A DNA stretch of 62,338 bases, filler included, from Chiloscyllium plagiosum (Eukaryota): NCBI RefSeq assembly GCF_004010195.1. It is 4 parts of one record of this genome, joined end to end, with 100 filler letters (N's around TTAATTAATTAA, not from the genome) between each part and the next. Parts side by side here need not be neighbours in the genome. Positions count along the whole stretch, not along the records: positions 1 to 31,453 come from NC_057711.1; 3 more parts are not named here. The stretch is one strand, 5' to 3'. The first letter of the stretch is position 1. The number at the start of each line of letters is the position of its first letter. A program made the position numbers and the translations under genes. Shown here piece after piece: positions 1-13,073 of this stretch. The notes under the pieces are model-generated. The model saw only the letters and a program-made list of their open reading frames with translations, was not told where the DNA came from and ran no database searches.

Positions 1-256
1 GCCCCCACCCCACTCCAGCCTATCACCCTCACCTTAACCTCCTTCCACCTATTGCATTTCCAGCGCCTCTCCCCCAAGTCCCTCCTCCCTACCTTTTATC
101 TTAGCCTGCTTGGCAAACCCTCCTCATTCCTGGAGAAAGGCTCATGCCCGAAACGTCGATTCTCCTGCTCCTTGGATGCTGCCTGACCTGCTGCGCTTTT
201 CCAGCAACACATTTTCAGCTCTGATCTCCAGCATCTGCAGTCCTCACTTTCTCCTA
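1..256 (+). mobile_element. Penelope-like element 3' end (family A) with degenerate hammerhead motif
   Basis: C-rich leader, then cctggagaaagggctcatgcccGAAAcgtcgatt and the terminus ...ctgcagtcctcactttctcc. The same sequence is in reverse at 42505-42823 and 51979-52211. Confidence 0.8.
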
Positions 257-343
257 AATATATTTTATGATCTAATCAGTATGATCCACATTTTTAAACA
301 GACTTTCATTAAACTGCACTTCAGTTAATCAAAATATGTATAT

Positions 344-558
344 CAAGAGTAGGATGTTGGGAAAAGCACAGCAGATCAGGCAACATCTGAGGAGCAGGAG
401 AATCGACGTTTCGGGCAAGAATCAGCCTTCATTCCTGATGAAGGGCTTTTGTCCAAAATGTCGACTCTCCTACTCCATGGATGTTGTCTGACCTGCTGTG
501 CTTTTCCAGCACCCCATTCCCAACTCTGATCTCAGCATCTGCAGTCCTCACTTTCTCC
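344..558. mobile_element. Fold-back PLE derivative (family A)
   Basis: Inverted arms centred near 425-430. CTGATGA core at ~435 with mutated GAAA. Degenerate flanking repeat aaaatatgtatat / agaatacatatat. Confidence 0.75.
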
Positions 559-882
559 AGAATACATATATGTCCATTCTCTATTATAAAACAGCAAATA
601 ACACAATCAGTGAGCGATTTCATTAGAGCCCTGATGCTATTATTATTGCAATATGTAGAACAACATCATTGTCTCAACTGTTTTCAAATGTTTATAATTT
701 CCATATTCCAAATGACTAGAGACAAATTCCCTTTCAGGGTGAAGCTTATTTAATCAATCATCAGTAAACAACTTAATCCCCCAATGAAAGCTTAGATCAT
801 TTCCGACATTCAACCCCATTGCACCAATGAATCTAGAGTAGGTGCTGTGTTGAAGACTGATTTCCAGTGCTTTTGTTATATT

Positions 883-1232
883 CATAGAATCCCTACAGTG
901 TGGAAGCAAGCCCTTTGGCCCAATAAGTCCACATCGACCCTCTGAAGAGTAACCCACCCATACCCATTCCCCTACCTTATTATCCTATATTTTCCCTTGA
1001 CCTATGCACCAAATCTACTCATCCCTGAACACTACGGGCAATTTAGCATGGCCAACCCACCTAACCTGCACATCTTTAGATTATGGGAGGAAACCGGAGC
1101 ACCAGAGGAAACCCGTGCAGACCCAGGGAGAATGTGCGAACTCCACACAGACAGTCACCTGAGGTTGGAAGTGAACCCTGGTCCCTGACGCTGTGAGGCA
1201 GCAGTGCTAACCACTGAGCCACTATGCTGCCC
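883..1232 (-). mobile_element. HE1-type V-SINE
   Basis: Reverse complement has a tRNA-like head (tggctcagtgg...ggttc), the V-domain and a CR1-like tail. Confidence 0.9.
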
Positions 1233-1234
1233 TT

Positions 1235-1460
1235 CGTTCAGAGGATGTGGCCAACACTGCTGGCCAGCATTTATTCTCCATCCATAATAGCCAAGAGTTT
1301 GTCACATTGCTGTGGATGTGGACTCAAATATAAGCTAGATCAAGTAAGGATAGCAGATTTCTTTCCCTGCAGGACTTTAGTGAACCAGATCGGTTTTTAC
1401 GATAATTTCTAGTGGTTATGTGATTGCCTTAGGCCAGCTCTTCATTTCAAATTACATTGA
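1235..1460 (-). mobile_element. Old SINE fragment (second family, ...aataaatgctggcc tail)
   Basis: Similar to 15010-15245 (+), 37955-38080 (+) and 48100-48460 (-). Confidence 0.55.
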
Positions 1461-2400
1461 AGCATCAGTGCATTTTCTGAAGCAGATGGGAGGATAGAAC
1501 TTACATTCAACATTCAGAAGAGCAAAATCCTCCATCAGCAAGCTCCACATGCATTGGGCACAGCCCCATTGATTGTTACATGATGAGTGCCTAGAAAATG
1601 CAGAACACTTTGTATTTTAGAAGCTATCCTTCACAGAAAGCTGGCATTAATGAAAAATCCAACATTGTCTGAAACCTGTCGGTATGGCCTTTGGACTCCT
1701 AAGGAAGTGAGTGTTTGAAGATCAACACATCAAAATTGAACCAATCTTATTGTCTATCATGCAATTGTGATCCCTACCTTACAGTACATTGTTGAAACAT
1801 GGACAATGTACAGGAGGATCCTCAATGCACTGGCATCATATCATCTACATTACACATGGTAGAGTCTACATATGAAGTGGCAGGACACATGTATCAACAT
1901 CAGAGTCCTCAAGCAGGTATCACAACCTCAAGGCTATCCACCATCAGCTTCATTGTGCTGGTCATATAGTTCAGAGTTCAGATGTCTAATATCAGGTCAC
2001 CAAAGCAGGTCTTTTTCTCCCATCTCAGTCAGGATAGATGCACAATAGAGCACAAAAGAAGCTCTTCAAGGACGTGCCACAAGTGACCATGAAGAAATGA
2101 AACTTCAACATCAACTTCTAGGGATCCATCATCCTGAACTGAACCAGATTGGGGCAGAGTCTATGTGAAGAACCCCAGCATCTTGAGAACTAATGACGGG
2201 AAAGTGGAAAGGAATGATGGGAGAAGTGGAAAAAAAAGCAAATTGTGTCCAGACTAATAACATATGACTAAACTACTGCCAACAAATACCCTACCCACCA
2301 TAAAGCCTGCAGATTCTAAATCATCTTCAGCAACCATCCTCAGATTCATAGAAGACAAACGTCTTCATCTGCGAGAGATTACCATTAATATGTCCAACAG
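1460..2400 (+). mobile_element. Degraded RTE-clade LINE, RT C-terminal region
   Basis: 1746-1916 translates to LIVYHAIVIPTLQYIVETWTMYRRILNAL...W*SLHMKWQDTCINIRVLKQ, which resembles the RTE VY.A.V.PTLLYG.ETW...I.WQD motif. Stops are present. Confidence 0.7.
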
Positions 2401-4674
2401 TCTTCTTAGTGGGAACCTCGATCCTAACAGCATTTTGCCACTTTACATTATGAATGGCATAGATGAATTTAAATTGTTTGCTTATAATATTGACTGGAAT
2501 ATCTTTCCTAACTGAATATTTCAAAGAGTTCCACTGAATGCAGTGCTTGACTGTGAATAATCTCATCCTGATCATATATATGGAAGGCACTGATGGCACT
2601 CAGTACCCTGTAATTCTGATCCATTCATGCCCCTTCTGCCATGCTTCATAGAACATAGAACAATATAGCACAGGCATAGGCCCTTCGTTATACCATGTCT
2701 GCACGAATCATGATTCTCATCTAATGAGACACAGCAAAGACTAACAAACTGCTCACTTGCACCTCTGCGCTGGTCTGTGCACAAAAGAACTAGCATGCTT
2801 CTTTGAGAAATATGTTAATGAGATGGTACAAATACTCACCAGTTCCTGCCATAATAAGTGATGAGCTTATCAGCAAATGGCGATATTCTTGTGAGCCATA
2901 AGAGCATATAATTTATGTTATTTGTCCAGTTTATTCATGGGTGAAAGTGGGGGGACTATTTCAAAACAAATTGCAGTTTTGTTCCTGAAAAAAGGGGAAA
3001 AAACTGAAAACAGCATTGCAATGTTTCCAATAGCAACAGCAAGACATATCTGTACAAACTGTCTTGGCAGAATAACAACTCCATCAATCTGTTGGCTACA
3101 GTGTTGTCTGATTCTCCAGCACAGCATGTGATTCACAAACCCACAGTGGCTTCAGAAATCAAACCCAGAAGTCTCTACGTTGGTATTTTTTGTCTCTGCA
3201 GTTCAATAAATGATAAGCGTCAGTAGAAGAAAAGAATGGTGCTGCCCCATCATTTAAAGTAAATATACTTAATGTGGGTAACAGCAAGGAGTCTCAATGC
3301 ATTATCACAGAGGTAATGGAGACAATCTGGCCTGACTTACATTCCTTTGAGAGGAGTTGGAAGGCAAATTTGCAGGTAGAGGAGGGGTTGGGCAGTAATA
3401 TATCACAGCAATCACTTTGGGGGACCTTCCTTAGAGTTTACCTTGGGTGGAGCACAAAAAGGGAAGGAGCTTACTGGCTGCCTGTAATGTACACCACCCT
3501 ATTTTCATCACTTCGATTATCTCGGATTCGTCAACCACAGTGCGACTGCTAACATACATTGCCCGTAACATTTCAGTCACCTCACTGCATGCACTTTTCC
3601 GACACATATATAATTGCATGTAAGCAAAACCATGCACAGTTTCTGTGTTAAACTTTGACTTGATTTACATTATGCATTCATAAAAATGCAACACAGTTTA
3701 TGTGCCATTATGCAAATTTCTTGATTGCAATTTAAATTTATTAATGATGATGCAAATTTATTAAAAAATAAAATCAAGCTATTGAATTAAATTATTCAAA
3801 ATACATATTTCATAATGGCCATTTTCCCTCTCTGCCATTATTGCAACTTCAAAAATCCCGGTCTAAGATCACAGAGGGGACAGACCTTCATAGAGACATG
3901 CTGGCTTCTGTTATCAACCTTAACTCGGAACCAAAAAGACTGGGTTCCCAACCGATGCAGTCCATTTCAATCTGCATCCATTACTAATGCCCAACAGACA
4001 AGTATATCTAGGTCTATAAATCCCTACATTCTAATTCCGTTTTCAGATAATTTCAAAGCATGCTCCAGAATTACTTAATTTTCAGGTCAGGAAAAGTTTT
4101 CAAAGTTGTTGCATGTATCTTTTTTTCTTAGAGAATTTGTTGAGACGGAGTGTGGGAGATAGAGAACCAGAGAGAAAAATGCAAAACAAAATGTCATTGC
4201 CTTTTTATCTGATTGTCAGGCTAGTATAGGGTTTCATTCTGCCCATGCGACCCCACTGTTAACCCAGTTTCTTCCTGGGACAGCTCTGATATAGAACATG
4301 CTCAAAGTGGTAAAACTGTTGGTCATGTATTATCACTATGGAGAAGAGGGGAGATAGGTGATCCATTACATTTAAAATGTTGAAGCTGATTGAAGAGATA
4401 TACACTTATTGTAAATTCACTCACCCACTCAAAAATAGTAGAGGGTTTTGCATGTAGGTGTTTTACAAGAATGCAAGGATGACAATGTAGCTGCTCAGTT
4501 GATATTATGACACTGGCAAGATGTGATTTCCCACAGAAGGATCAGACAGCCTCCCCATAAGTTGCATGATCTTTTCTGTGGCAAGTATTGTGTGCCAGCT
4601 ATATAAGTTTGTAGAATAAATAAGGACAGGGCTACCAGTTGGGGAATTTATGATATGTGAATCAGTTGCTTGAA

Positions 4675-4973
4675 TAGATTAGATTGCATTACAGTGTGGA
4701 AACAGGCCCTTCGGCCCAATAAGTCCACACCGACCCGCCAAAGCGCAACCCACCCATACCCCTACATTTACCCCTTACCTAACACTACGGGCAATTTAGC
4801 GTGGCCAATTCACCTGACCTGCACATCTTTGGACTGTGAGAGGAAATTGGAGCACCCGGAGGAAACCCACGCAGACACGGGGAGAATGTGCAAACTCCAC
4901 ACAGTCGCCTGAGGCGGGAATTGAACCCGGGTCTCTGGCGCTGTGAGGCAGCAGTGCTAACCACCGTGCCGCC
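4675..4973 (-). mobile_element. HE1-type V-SINE (young copy)
   Basis: Near-perfect reverse complement of 61006-61321, with a (tagat)n tail. Confidence 0.93.
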
Positions 4974-4996
4974 CACTAATAAGAAATGTTTAAATA

Positions 4997-5042
4997 AGAA
5001 AGCAGAGTTAACATTTCAGGTCCAGTGACCCTTCTTCAGAAC
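4997..5042 (-). mobile_element. PLE fragment (family B), hammerhead-like segment
   Basis: Reverse complement gttCTGAAGAagggtcactggacctGAAAtgttaac, like 18945-19033. Confidence 0.6.
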
Positions 5043-5205
5043 ACGCTGTACTTTATGGAAATAATTGTGATCATGGGTGAATTCAAAACACAAAGGATGA
5101 AACTTGAGTTGGAATCCAGTTGGGGGTGAGTCTGAGCTGAAGGCAGTCACTGAGGAATGAAATGTGGCTGTGGAAACAAGCGGTCCATTATCAGTGGTGT
5201 TCCAT

Positions 5206-5950
5206 ACAATGGACTGAGGAGTGGCAATGGGAGTTTAATTTGGATAAATATGTTGTATTGCATTTTGGTAAAACAAACAAGGGCAGGACTTATTCAATTA
5301 AAAGGAGGGCACTTAGTAGTGCTGTGGAACAGAGACACCTAGAGGTTCAGGTGCATCATTCTTTGAAGTTTGATTCACATGTCGGTAGGATGGTTAAGAA
5401 GGCATTTAGCTTGCATGCCTTTGGGATGCATGTTGAGGTTGTACAGGACGTTGATGAGGCCTCTTCTGGAGTACTGTGTTCAGTTCTGGTCACCCTGTTA
5501 TAGGAAGGATATTATCAAGCTGGAGAGGGTTCAGAAAGATTTACCAGGATGGTGCTGGGAATGGAAGGTTTGAGTTAAAGGGAGAGGCTGGATAGACTGG
5601 GATATTTTTCGCTGAAGTGTTGGAGGTTGAGGGGTGATCTTATAGACGTTTTTAAAATCATGAGGGGTACCGATAAGGCAAGGACAATGTCTTTTCCCTA
5701 GGATTAGGAATTTAAAGACCAGGGGCATATTTTTAAGAGAGAAGTTTAAAAAAAGACATGAAGGGTAGCTTTTTTACACAGAAAGTGGTTTGTATGTGGA
5801 ATGAACTTCCAGAGAAAGTAATGGATGTGGGTACAGTTATAACATTTAAGAGACATTTGGGCATGCAGGTGGGAGGAACTAGTTTAGATTGGGATTGTGG
5901 TCAGCATGGACTAGTTGAACCGAAGTGTCTGTTTCCATTCTGTATAACTC
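5206..5950 (+). mobile_element. CR1 LINE 3' fragment
   Basis: Broken ORFs [29 protein letters not shown] and FFTQKVVCMWNELP, plus a 3' stem-loop remnant. Confidence 0.9.
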
Positions 5951-6085
5951 CAAACACCAGGAGCAACAGTGAAATTAATGACAATGAAAAGGCAAAAGAT
6001 TAGAATGGAAATCCTAACTGGGAGAGGAGATGAACTTCTTCAAGGTGGGTAAACCTGGAAAAGGTATGGCAGTGAGTTATACACT

Positions 6086-6213
6086 AAACAAAAAAACTAA
6101 AGTACTGCCGATGCTGGAAATCAGAAACAAAATCAGAAATTGCTGGAAAAACTCAGCATCTGTGAAGAGAAAACAGAGTTAACGTTGCAGGCCCAGTAAT
6201 CTTTGTTCAGAAC
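6086..6213 (-). mobile_element. PLE 3' arm (family B)
   Basis: gatgctggaaatcagaaacaaaatcagaaattgctggaaaaactcagc...gttaacgtt...cagaac. Related copies at 27735-27845, 29270-29380 and 38666-38837. Confidence 0.6.
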
Positions 6214-7244
6214 TCACATAGGGTTACTTGACTTGGTGGTGGTGGGTTAGGTTGTACATGGCGGGACATTAGCCAGCATGAAGGATTAAATAATGTGAGA
6301 CCTGCAGTTAAATCTGTGACTTTGAGTGCTGCACTTTCAGCTTGAAATGTGACAGCCACCAATATGGACTTTTAAAATGAAAATTGAGGATGCTCAAGAG
6401 ACCAGAATAGGAGGAGTGCAGATATCTCTGAAGATTTGAAGCTGGAGGAGATTATAGACAGAAGGTGTGACAAAGGGAATTTTTTATAACACTGTATGCA
6501 GTACTGAGGTTAGGAGAATTGCCAGTCAGTGCTAAATCACACCAGGCAGCATCAGTGCTAATTGGGAAACCCGAAAATCTGTTAGGCTTGCCTTCTTGAT
6601 ACAGAGATGGAAATAGGTGATCTTTGCAATGAAGAGAACAACATTAAGTGTTCAGCTCCAGGTCAACCAAGATGCAGAAATTGTAAATAGACTGCATCCT
6701 GAATAGGATGGGTAAATAGTGAGGGCACAGAATTTATAATGAATGTTGAAGACAAAGCCATAAAGCATGTCAAAATTACAACATTTTATATTTATAAAAA
6801 TGTCAGAGGTTTTACGTAAACAGTTACTTTAATAAGACAAAAATCTTCTCTACCTTGTCTTAATAATACAACACATATTCTTTAGTGGAAGGTTTTCAAG
6901 CCTTTAAAAGTGACAGCACATGAAGCTATAAGGACACATGAGACAGAAGCAGGAGGAGAACAAATTGTCTCTCAATCTTGCTTTGTCATTCCTCAATTAA
7001 TTGTTGAATTTCCATATTATCTCCACTTTACTACCTATCCAATTATTCCTTGATTCCCTTGCTGTCTAAAACTGTTTCAATCCCAATCTTGAATATATTT
7101 AACAACTGTAGGGTAGAGGATTCCAAAGATACACAGCATTCTGATTGAATAAATTATTCATGATTGTTTTTGCAAGTTCCATTTTAATTTAATAGATTGA
7201 ATTTATTTCTGTACATGAGCATGTGGCCAAAGATCAAGAAGGTT

Positions 7245-7600
7245 CATAGAATAGAATCCCTACAGTGTGGAAACAGGCCCTTCAGTCCAACAGGTACACA
7301 TCAACCCTCCAAGGAATAACCCACCCAGACCCATTCCCCAACCCTATTGCTCAACATTTACTCCTGACTAATGCACTTAACCTACACATCCCTGAACACT
7401 ACGAGCAATTCAACATGGCCAATTCATCTAACCTGCACATTTTTGGATTGTGGAAGGAAATCAGAGCACCTGAAAGAAATCCACGCAGACACTGGGAGAA
7501 TGTGCAAACTCCACACAGACAGTCACCCAAGGCTGGAATTGAACCTGGGATCCTGGCGCTATGAGCCAGCAGTGCTAACCACTGAGCCACCATGCTGCCC
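7245..7600 (-). mobile_element. HE1-type V-SINE
   Basis: Full head, V-domain and tail in reverse. Confidence 0.9.
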
Positions 7601-10600
7601 CTTGGCAACATCCGTCTCCTTCCTCAATCAGGAATTGGGTGGGAGCTCGATTAAAACTAATAGTGTAGCACGATAATGTCTAGGTTGCCCCTACCTTGGT
7701 CCTTTGCATTGTCAGGGCAGGTGCTCAGGGACATCAGGCAAGTGCCTGTTATGCACATAGGACACTGGCACAACTATTTTTTCCACACAGAATGTAAGTA
7801 GCGCAGTATGTAGAACAACCTAACCACAATGTTTAAAAGATTAAAAAAGGCTTTCCAGAATATCATGCCTATGTAGACAGCACCAAATGAATAGCTCTGC
7901 TCAATGCCCACATAATGGGTATTCAAATTGAAAATCAGCCCTGCAATGTTTTAGACAAAGAGAAAAAGAAAGCTGGTATGGTTTTGTGTACAATTTTCTT
8001 GTAAGTGTATATATCTATAATTCAATGTTAGAATTTGCAGCTCAAAGACAGGTAGCAGCAGTCCTGTCACTATCTAATAAGATATTATGATGGATGTGCA
8101 AACATTACTGCTATGTTCATTTGAGTTATGAAAGGTGCCCAGCTATACAGTTATAGTGTTTGTTATTAAAAACCTGAATTGTGTCTGGAAGATCATTTTA
8201 TAATTGTTGCTGTAGAACTGAAATTTGTGATTACAGGTCAATTGCTGGTTAGAAAAAATGAATTAAATTAAAGCATGTTGGCTCAAGTGGCATTTTCCCA
8301 TTGCCTAATGTTACAAATATGCTGAGTAGACTTAATGACAATACTAAGTAAGAGAAAGAAATAACTTCCATTTAGATTGTGGCCAATACTAATTTGTGTA
8401 ATGATGTGTAGCAGCACTGAGGCTATTGCTTTAAAATAGACAAACAAGGAGTTATCAGTGCAGCAGAGCTAAATCATCATACCATTTAATATTATAAATT
8501 AACCAAGGTACAACTATTGAGAATTAAGAACTTTTTTGAGGTTGAGTATTTGATAAATCACAATTGTTGAGACTGCTTTTGGCTAATTAGTAACACAGGG
8601 TCTCAAAAGACTGTGCTAATGTGGAATCATAAATAAATCCTATTATTTTACACTCAGGTGTACCGTTGAATTATTCAATTTATTATATTCTATTAACTAT
8701 CTAAAATATATGAATAACACATCAAAATCATCTATGTGGCACAATAAAAGGGCAGAGATGTCTCTGTGCAAGCAAAATATGGTCTGTGATTTTAGATTTC
8801 ACACATGTGAGTATTTTTGGTTTTGTACAGGAGTTGTGGTATCGTAACTGTCAATATTTCAATTCATTACAATTGAAAGTATTTGATCCACATACTGAGG
8901 AAACTTTGGAAGTACAAGGACAATGCAAAGGAACTTGTCCTTTATCTGTTCTTGACATTAGATGTGAATTTTCTCCAAGTAAAAACATAAGGATCTTTAA
9001 GATTGTTTTCTAGAAAAGTGTGTGACAGATTAATTGTGCGACAGATTAATTGTGCAAAGGAATTTATCAACCAGGGATAGGATATTAAATAATTGGTATT
9101 GTCAAATAAAGGGATGACTAATGGCGAAATCTCCTTGGAAATCTGGATGTAATGGGCCTCACATTTATCCATTTTATTTCTACAGTTCTGGTAATACATT
9201 AAGAAATCTCCATACTATGAATCATGTTTATAATTTACCTAATTAGCTGAGAGTTGAAAGGTCAGTTCCCTCTTGACTTAGCAAAGTACAAATTACACAG
9301 ATGTTTAATAGGAGGTCAAGGTATCTGTAAGAGGCCAGTTGTACCATTTGAATTTCTAAAATTTGACTTAGGGGTGGCAATAGAATGACATACACAATAC
9401 AACTGCTACTTCCATTATTTGTAGCTGGAAATAATTAATTTCATAGGGTCACGATTTCCCATGTGCCCTAATTGGATAACCACTATCCTTTTAAAAGCTG
9501 TATCTCTTTAAAATCTATTATGCTGTAGGACCTTGTTTAAAGCTAAATTAATAAAACCTCAGGGTCATTTCATATCATACTATTGTCTGCAGAATGCATG
9601 ATGAGGCTTGCCACTATGTCAAGGAGACCAAATGAACAGTCTGGAGATGAGGTGGTTATTTTATTGACAGGTTGGGTTCCTTAGAGATGCCACAAAATAT
9701 GTCTCTGTCTGTGGATTCATCAGGCCTTTGATTTGTTTGCAATTAAATTTAGTGGAAGTGAAGAAAAAATCAATAGCAAAGAAGGGAATCACTGGGAATA
9801 ACTAATTGCAGGCCATTGTGGATAACTGGACCTAGTTGTGCACTGTCAGATATTTTAAATATTCCAGTAATACTCTTTCTTTTGGTGACAGTATCATTGC
9901 CAATGGTCTTTTTGCTGCAATAATTATGACAAAGGTGAGCAGTTCAAGCCACATGAATACTCCTTGTAAATGTGTTTCTGTTTCATAAATGTTCGACTGG
10001 ATCTTGTATTTTGTTTTAGCTCAGTGTGAGTTGTGTCGAGTTTTTTTTTGCTGTAAGGTGTGGTGAGATTTCTCATCCTATCTTACCAAACTCACCTCAT
10101 TAACTACCTCCCTTGCTCCATGACATCCATTATGTACAATTCCACCCCAATCTCATCAACCACCATTCCCAAAATAACTCACCACTCTGGATTTCCACAG
10201 AAAGACCAATATTCCTTGCATCTTTGAAAGCTCATGTGCACCTGGACAAGTGCTGGCAATGTAATGACACAGCAATCACAAAGCCATCTCAAAGCAAGCA
10301 CTATTCTCTCCCCACTGCCCACTGTAAATTGCATCTTGTCTTTATCCAGTGGGGGACCATCAAAAACATACAAGCAATCGGACAATTCCAAACAAGAGCT
10401 TTCATTCACAGTGAAAGCTAACACTAACAAAACAAATACAGGCTACAGTTCACCCTCTCAATGAAAACAAAATGCTAGCATGATGATATGACTAATTCAC
10501 ATTGCATGATGCACCCCGTTCTCATTTAGTGGAGACAGCTGTCAGCCACCTCTTGATTGGCTTATAGTGCCTGGTGCAGTTGAGCTTTGTCATACATAAG

Positions 10601-10981
10601 GAGATCTTCCACCTCCCAAGTGTCCTTGTTCTCCTTTCCTTATTTCCTCAGCTTCTCAACATCAATCACACTGCCTTGTTGCCTGCTCCAATTATACAGA
10701 GCACAGCACACCAGAATGATGCAGTACAAAAGGTCTGGACTATACAGAAGAGACCCCAGAGCAGTCCAGGCAGTGAAACGACATATTCAGCAGCCCTGTT
10801 TCTGCTACACCATGGGCCAGGTTGAAACTTGGGCAACATTGTATCTGTGCTCTGCATCAGTCAGGGTTCGTGCAATTGTGTCATAAGCCATAAGGACGGT
10901 GATAATAATAGCCATGTCCCCTCAGCCTTGTAAGGCAACCAAACCCTAAAATGTGTTGGATACACAATAGTACTACAAAAT

Positions 10982-11130
10982 GGCAAAAGTGAGGTCTGCA
11001 AGTGCTGGAAATTAGAGTAAAGAGTAGAGTGGTGCTGGAAAAGCATAGCAGGTCAGGCAGCATCCGAGGAGCAGGAAAATCGACGTTGGATGCTGCCTGA
11101 CTTGCTGTGCCTTTCCGGCACCACTCTAAT
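10982..11130. mobile_element. Short fold-back PLE derivative (family A), centre deleted
   Basis: Inverted arms gcaggtcaggcagcatcc / ggatgctgcctgacttgc. Flanks tagtactacaaaat (10968-10981) and tagtactccagaat (11131-11144). Confidence 0.8.
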
Positions 11131-11404
11131 TAGTACTCCAGAATACAAGAGTCATGACAGTTGCCACACATCTCCAGTAAGTCGAAACAGTGATCACAGA
11201 TCCTCTTCCTGGTGTCTAATTCTGTAGTATTGTGTTACGACCTCTCAGTGCCACATGTGTGCAGCCAATGGCACCCCATACCTGGGGGAAGCTCAGGTTT
11301 CAAATCCTGCAGCCTGGGTTTCCAGTTCTGATCTTGTCATCAGGAAACAAAATAAAGTAGTGTAATCACTCACAGATGGCATCAGGCTCTGGTCTGATGG
11401 ATTT

Positions 11405-11727
11405 TAGATTAGATTCCCTAAAGTATGAAAACAGGCCCTTTGGCCCAAGTCCACACTGACCCTCCAGAGACTAACCCACCCAGACCCATTCCCCTATCTT
11501 ATATTTATCCCTAACTAACGCACCAAACACTACGGGCAATTTAGCATGGCCATTTCACCTGACCTGCACATCTCTGGATTGTGGGAGGAAACTGGAGCAC
11601 CCAGAGGAAACCCACGCAGACACAGGGAGAAGGTGCAAACTCCACGCAGACAATCGCCCAAGGCTGGAATGAAACCCGGGTCCCTGGTGCTATAAGGCAA
11701 TAGTGCTACTACTGAGCCACCATGCCA
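11405..11727 (-). mobile_element. HE1-type V-SINE
   Basis: Full-length reverse copy. Confidence 0.9.
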
Positions 11728-13073
11728 CTTTATCGGTGTGTGACTGATAGATCCCACACAGATCACTTCCCAGAAGGAGCTAGTAGCAGTGAAGTAGCTG
11801 TCAACTTCACAGCCACTGGGAGAGGATGGCCCGAAGTCCTGCTCAAGCATCCAACATTGTTCGATCAAAGAGTGCCAGGACAAAGAGAGTTGCGTTGAAC
11901 TGCTCATTCCCAGGAAATAGATTTGGATCTGAAAAACTCTGATCCTCTTGGGTTCCATATGCATGCTGAGAGCCCTTGCTGCTCCAGCTTCTGCCTCCCC
12001 AACAATCGCCATGCTCCTTCTGCATCTATCTCATAGAAAGACAGTCAAAGCATCCGTCATCCAACCAGCTGCAGGCCATGGGATGCTAGTAGAAATCAGT
12101 TATGTTGGGAACATAAGGAGCAGACAAGGTTCTTAAATCTCTGAACAGTCAGTGATGACACACCTTGCAGATGAGGGCAGCATAGACTCCTCCATGCAGT
12201 GAGACATGCAGCACTTTGATAACAAGGGCCATGATGCCATCATTCATTCAACTTCAGCCTAAGTGTGTGTGCACCAACTTGGTGACAGTGCTGCACCAGC
12301 TGAGGAAGCAACACATTAAATATAAAGGGAGTGCCTTGTGTGCTTTGAGCTCTTTCATATCCCAGACCATTGCATTGAGGCCAGATCACTGTTAAAAGTA
12401 CGTAACAGGTAATGAAGCAATGATGCTACTAATGATACTGTAAGGCCCAAAACCCAACAACGTCATAGAATCGTGCAGCATAGAAACAGATCTTTAAATT
12501 CAAGCTTAATTGAAAAACTCACTAAAATTCTGGTCATTGAGAACTTCATGCATTTGCTTGTAGTTGTTTGTTGGCTCCTGCCAGCTCCTATATGTTATTA
12601 TTTTCCAGCTATTCTCTGTCTCTCACACCATCAAGACAGGAATGCTAGGTCTATGTCCATGGATACTTTATCTAGCATGAAAGAACAGGCTGATTAAAAT
12701 ATTTAAGTGTTACCTTATACACATAATAACTTAGTGAGACTGTCAGTTCACAACGTGTCCTTAGATTAGAGGGATGTGTCATCAGCTATGGATACTCTGT
12801 GTAGTGAGCTCTCTGATTCATCATGCACTCTCCCAAACAACTGTCCTTTGATCACATTTGATTACATGCCTTTTCCATGTGGATTAATAATATACTTTCC
12901 TGTTTAGATATGTCATGTCAATGATGATAGGTGCTTGAACACACACTGAAGTTAATGATGCCCCATTCCTGAAGATAATGGTGATCATCACTGCCACTTG
13001 TCACGTAAAAATATTTGACTGTGCCTGTAAATACCACTATAGCCATTCCAGCCATTCAATAAAAATCTGGAAT

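Noticed and set aside
8786..9013. 75-aa ORF with a plausible acceptor at ~8830
   Set aside because: No resemblance to ERCC6L2 or any protein I recognise, and the donor is weak.
10100..12400. GC-richer unique-looking blocks (also 22980-23900) as possible Harbinger-type remnants
   Set aside because: I could not identify TIRs, TSDs or transposase motifs to support a call.
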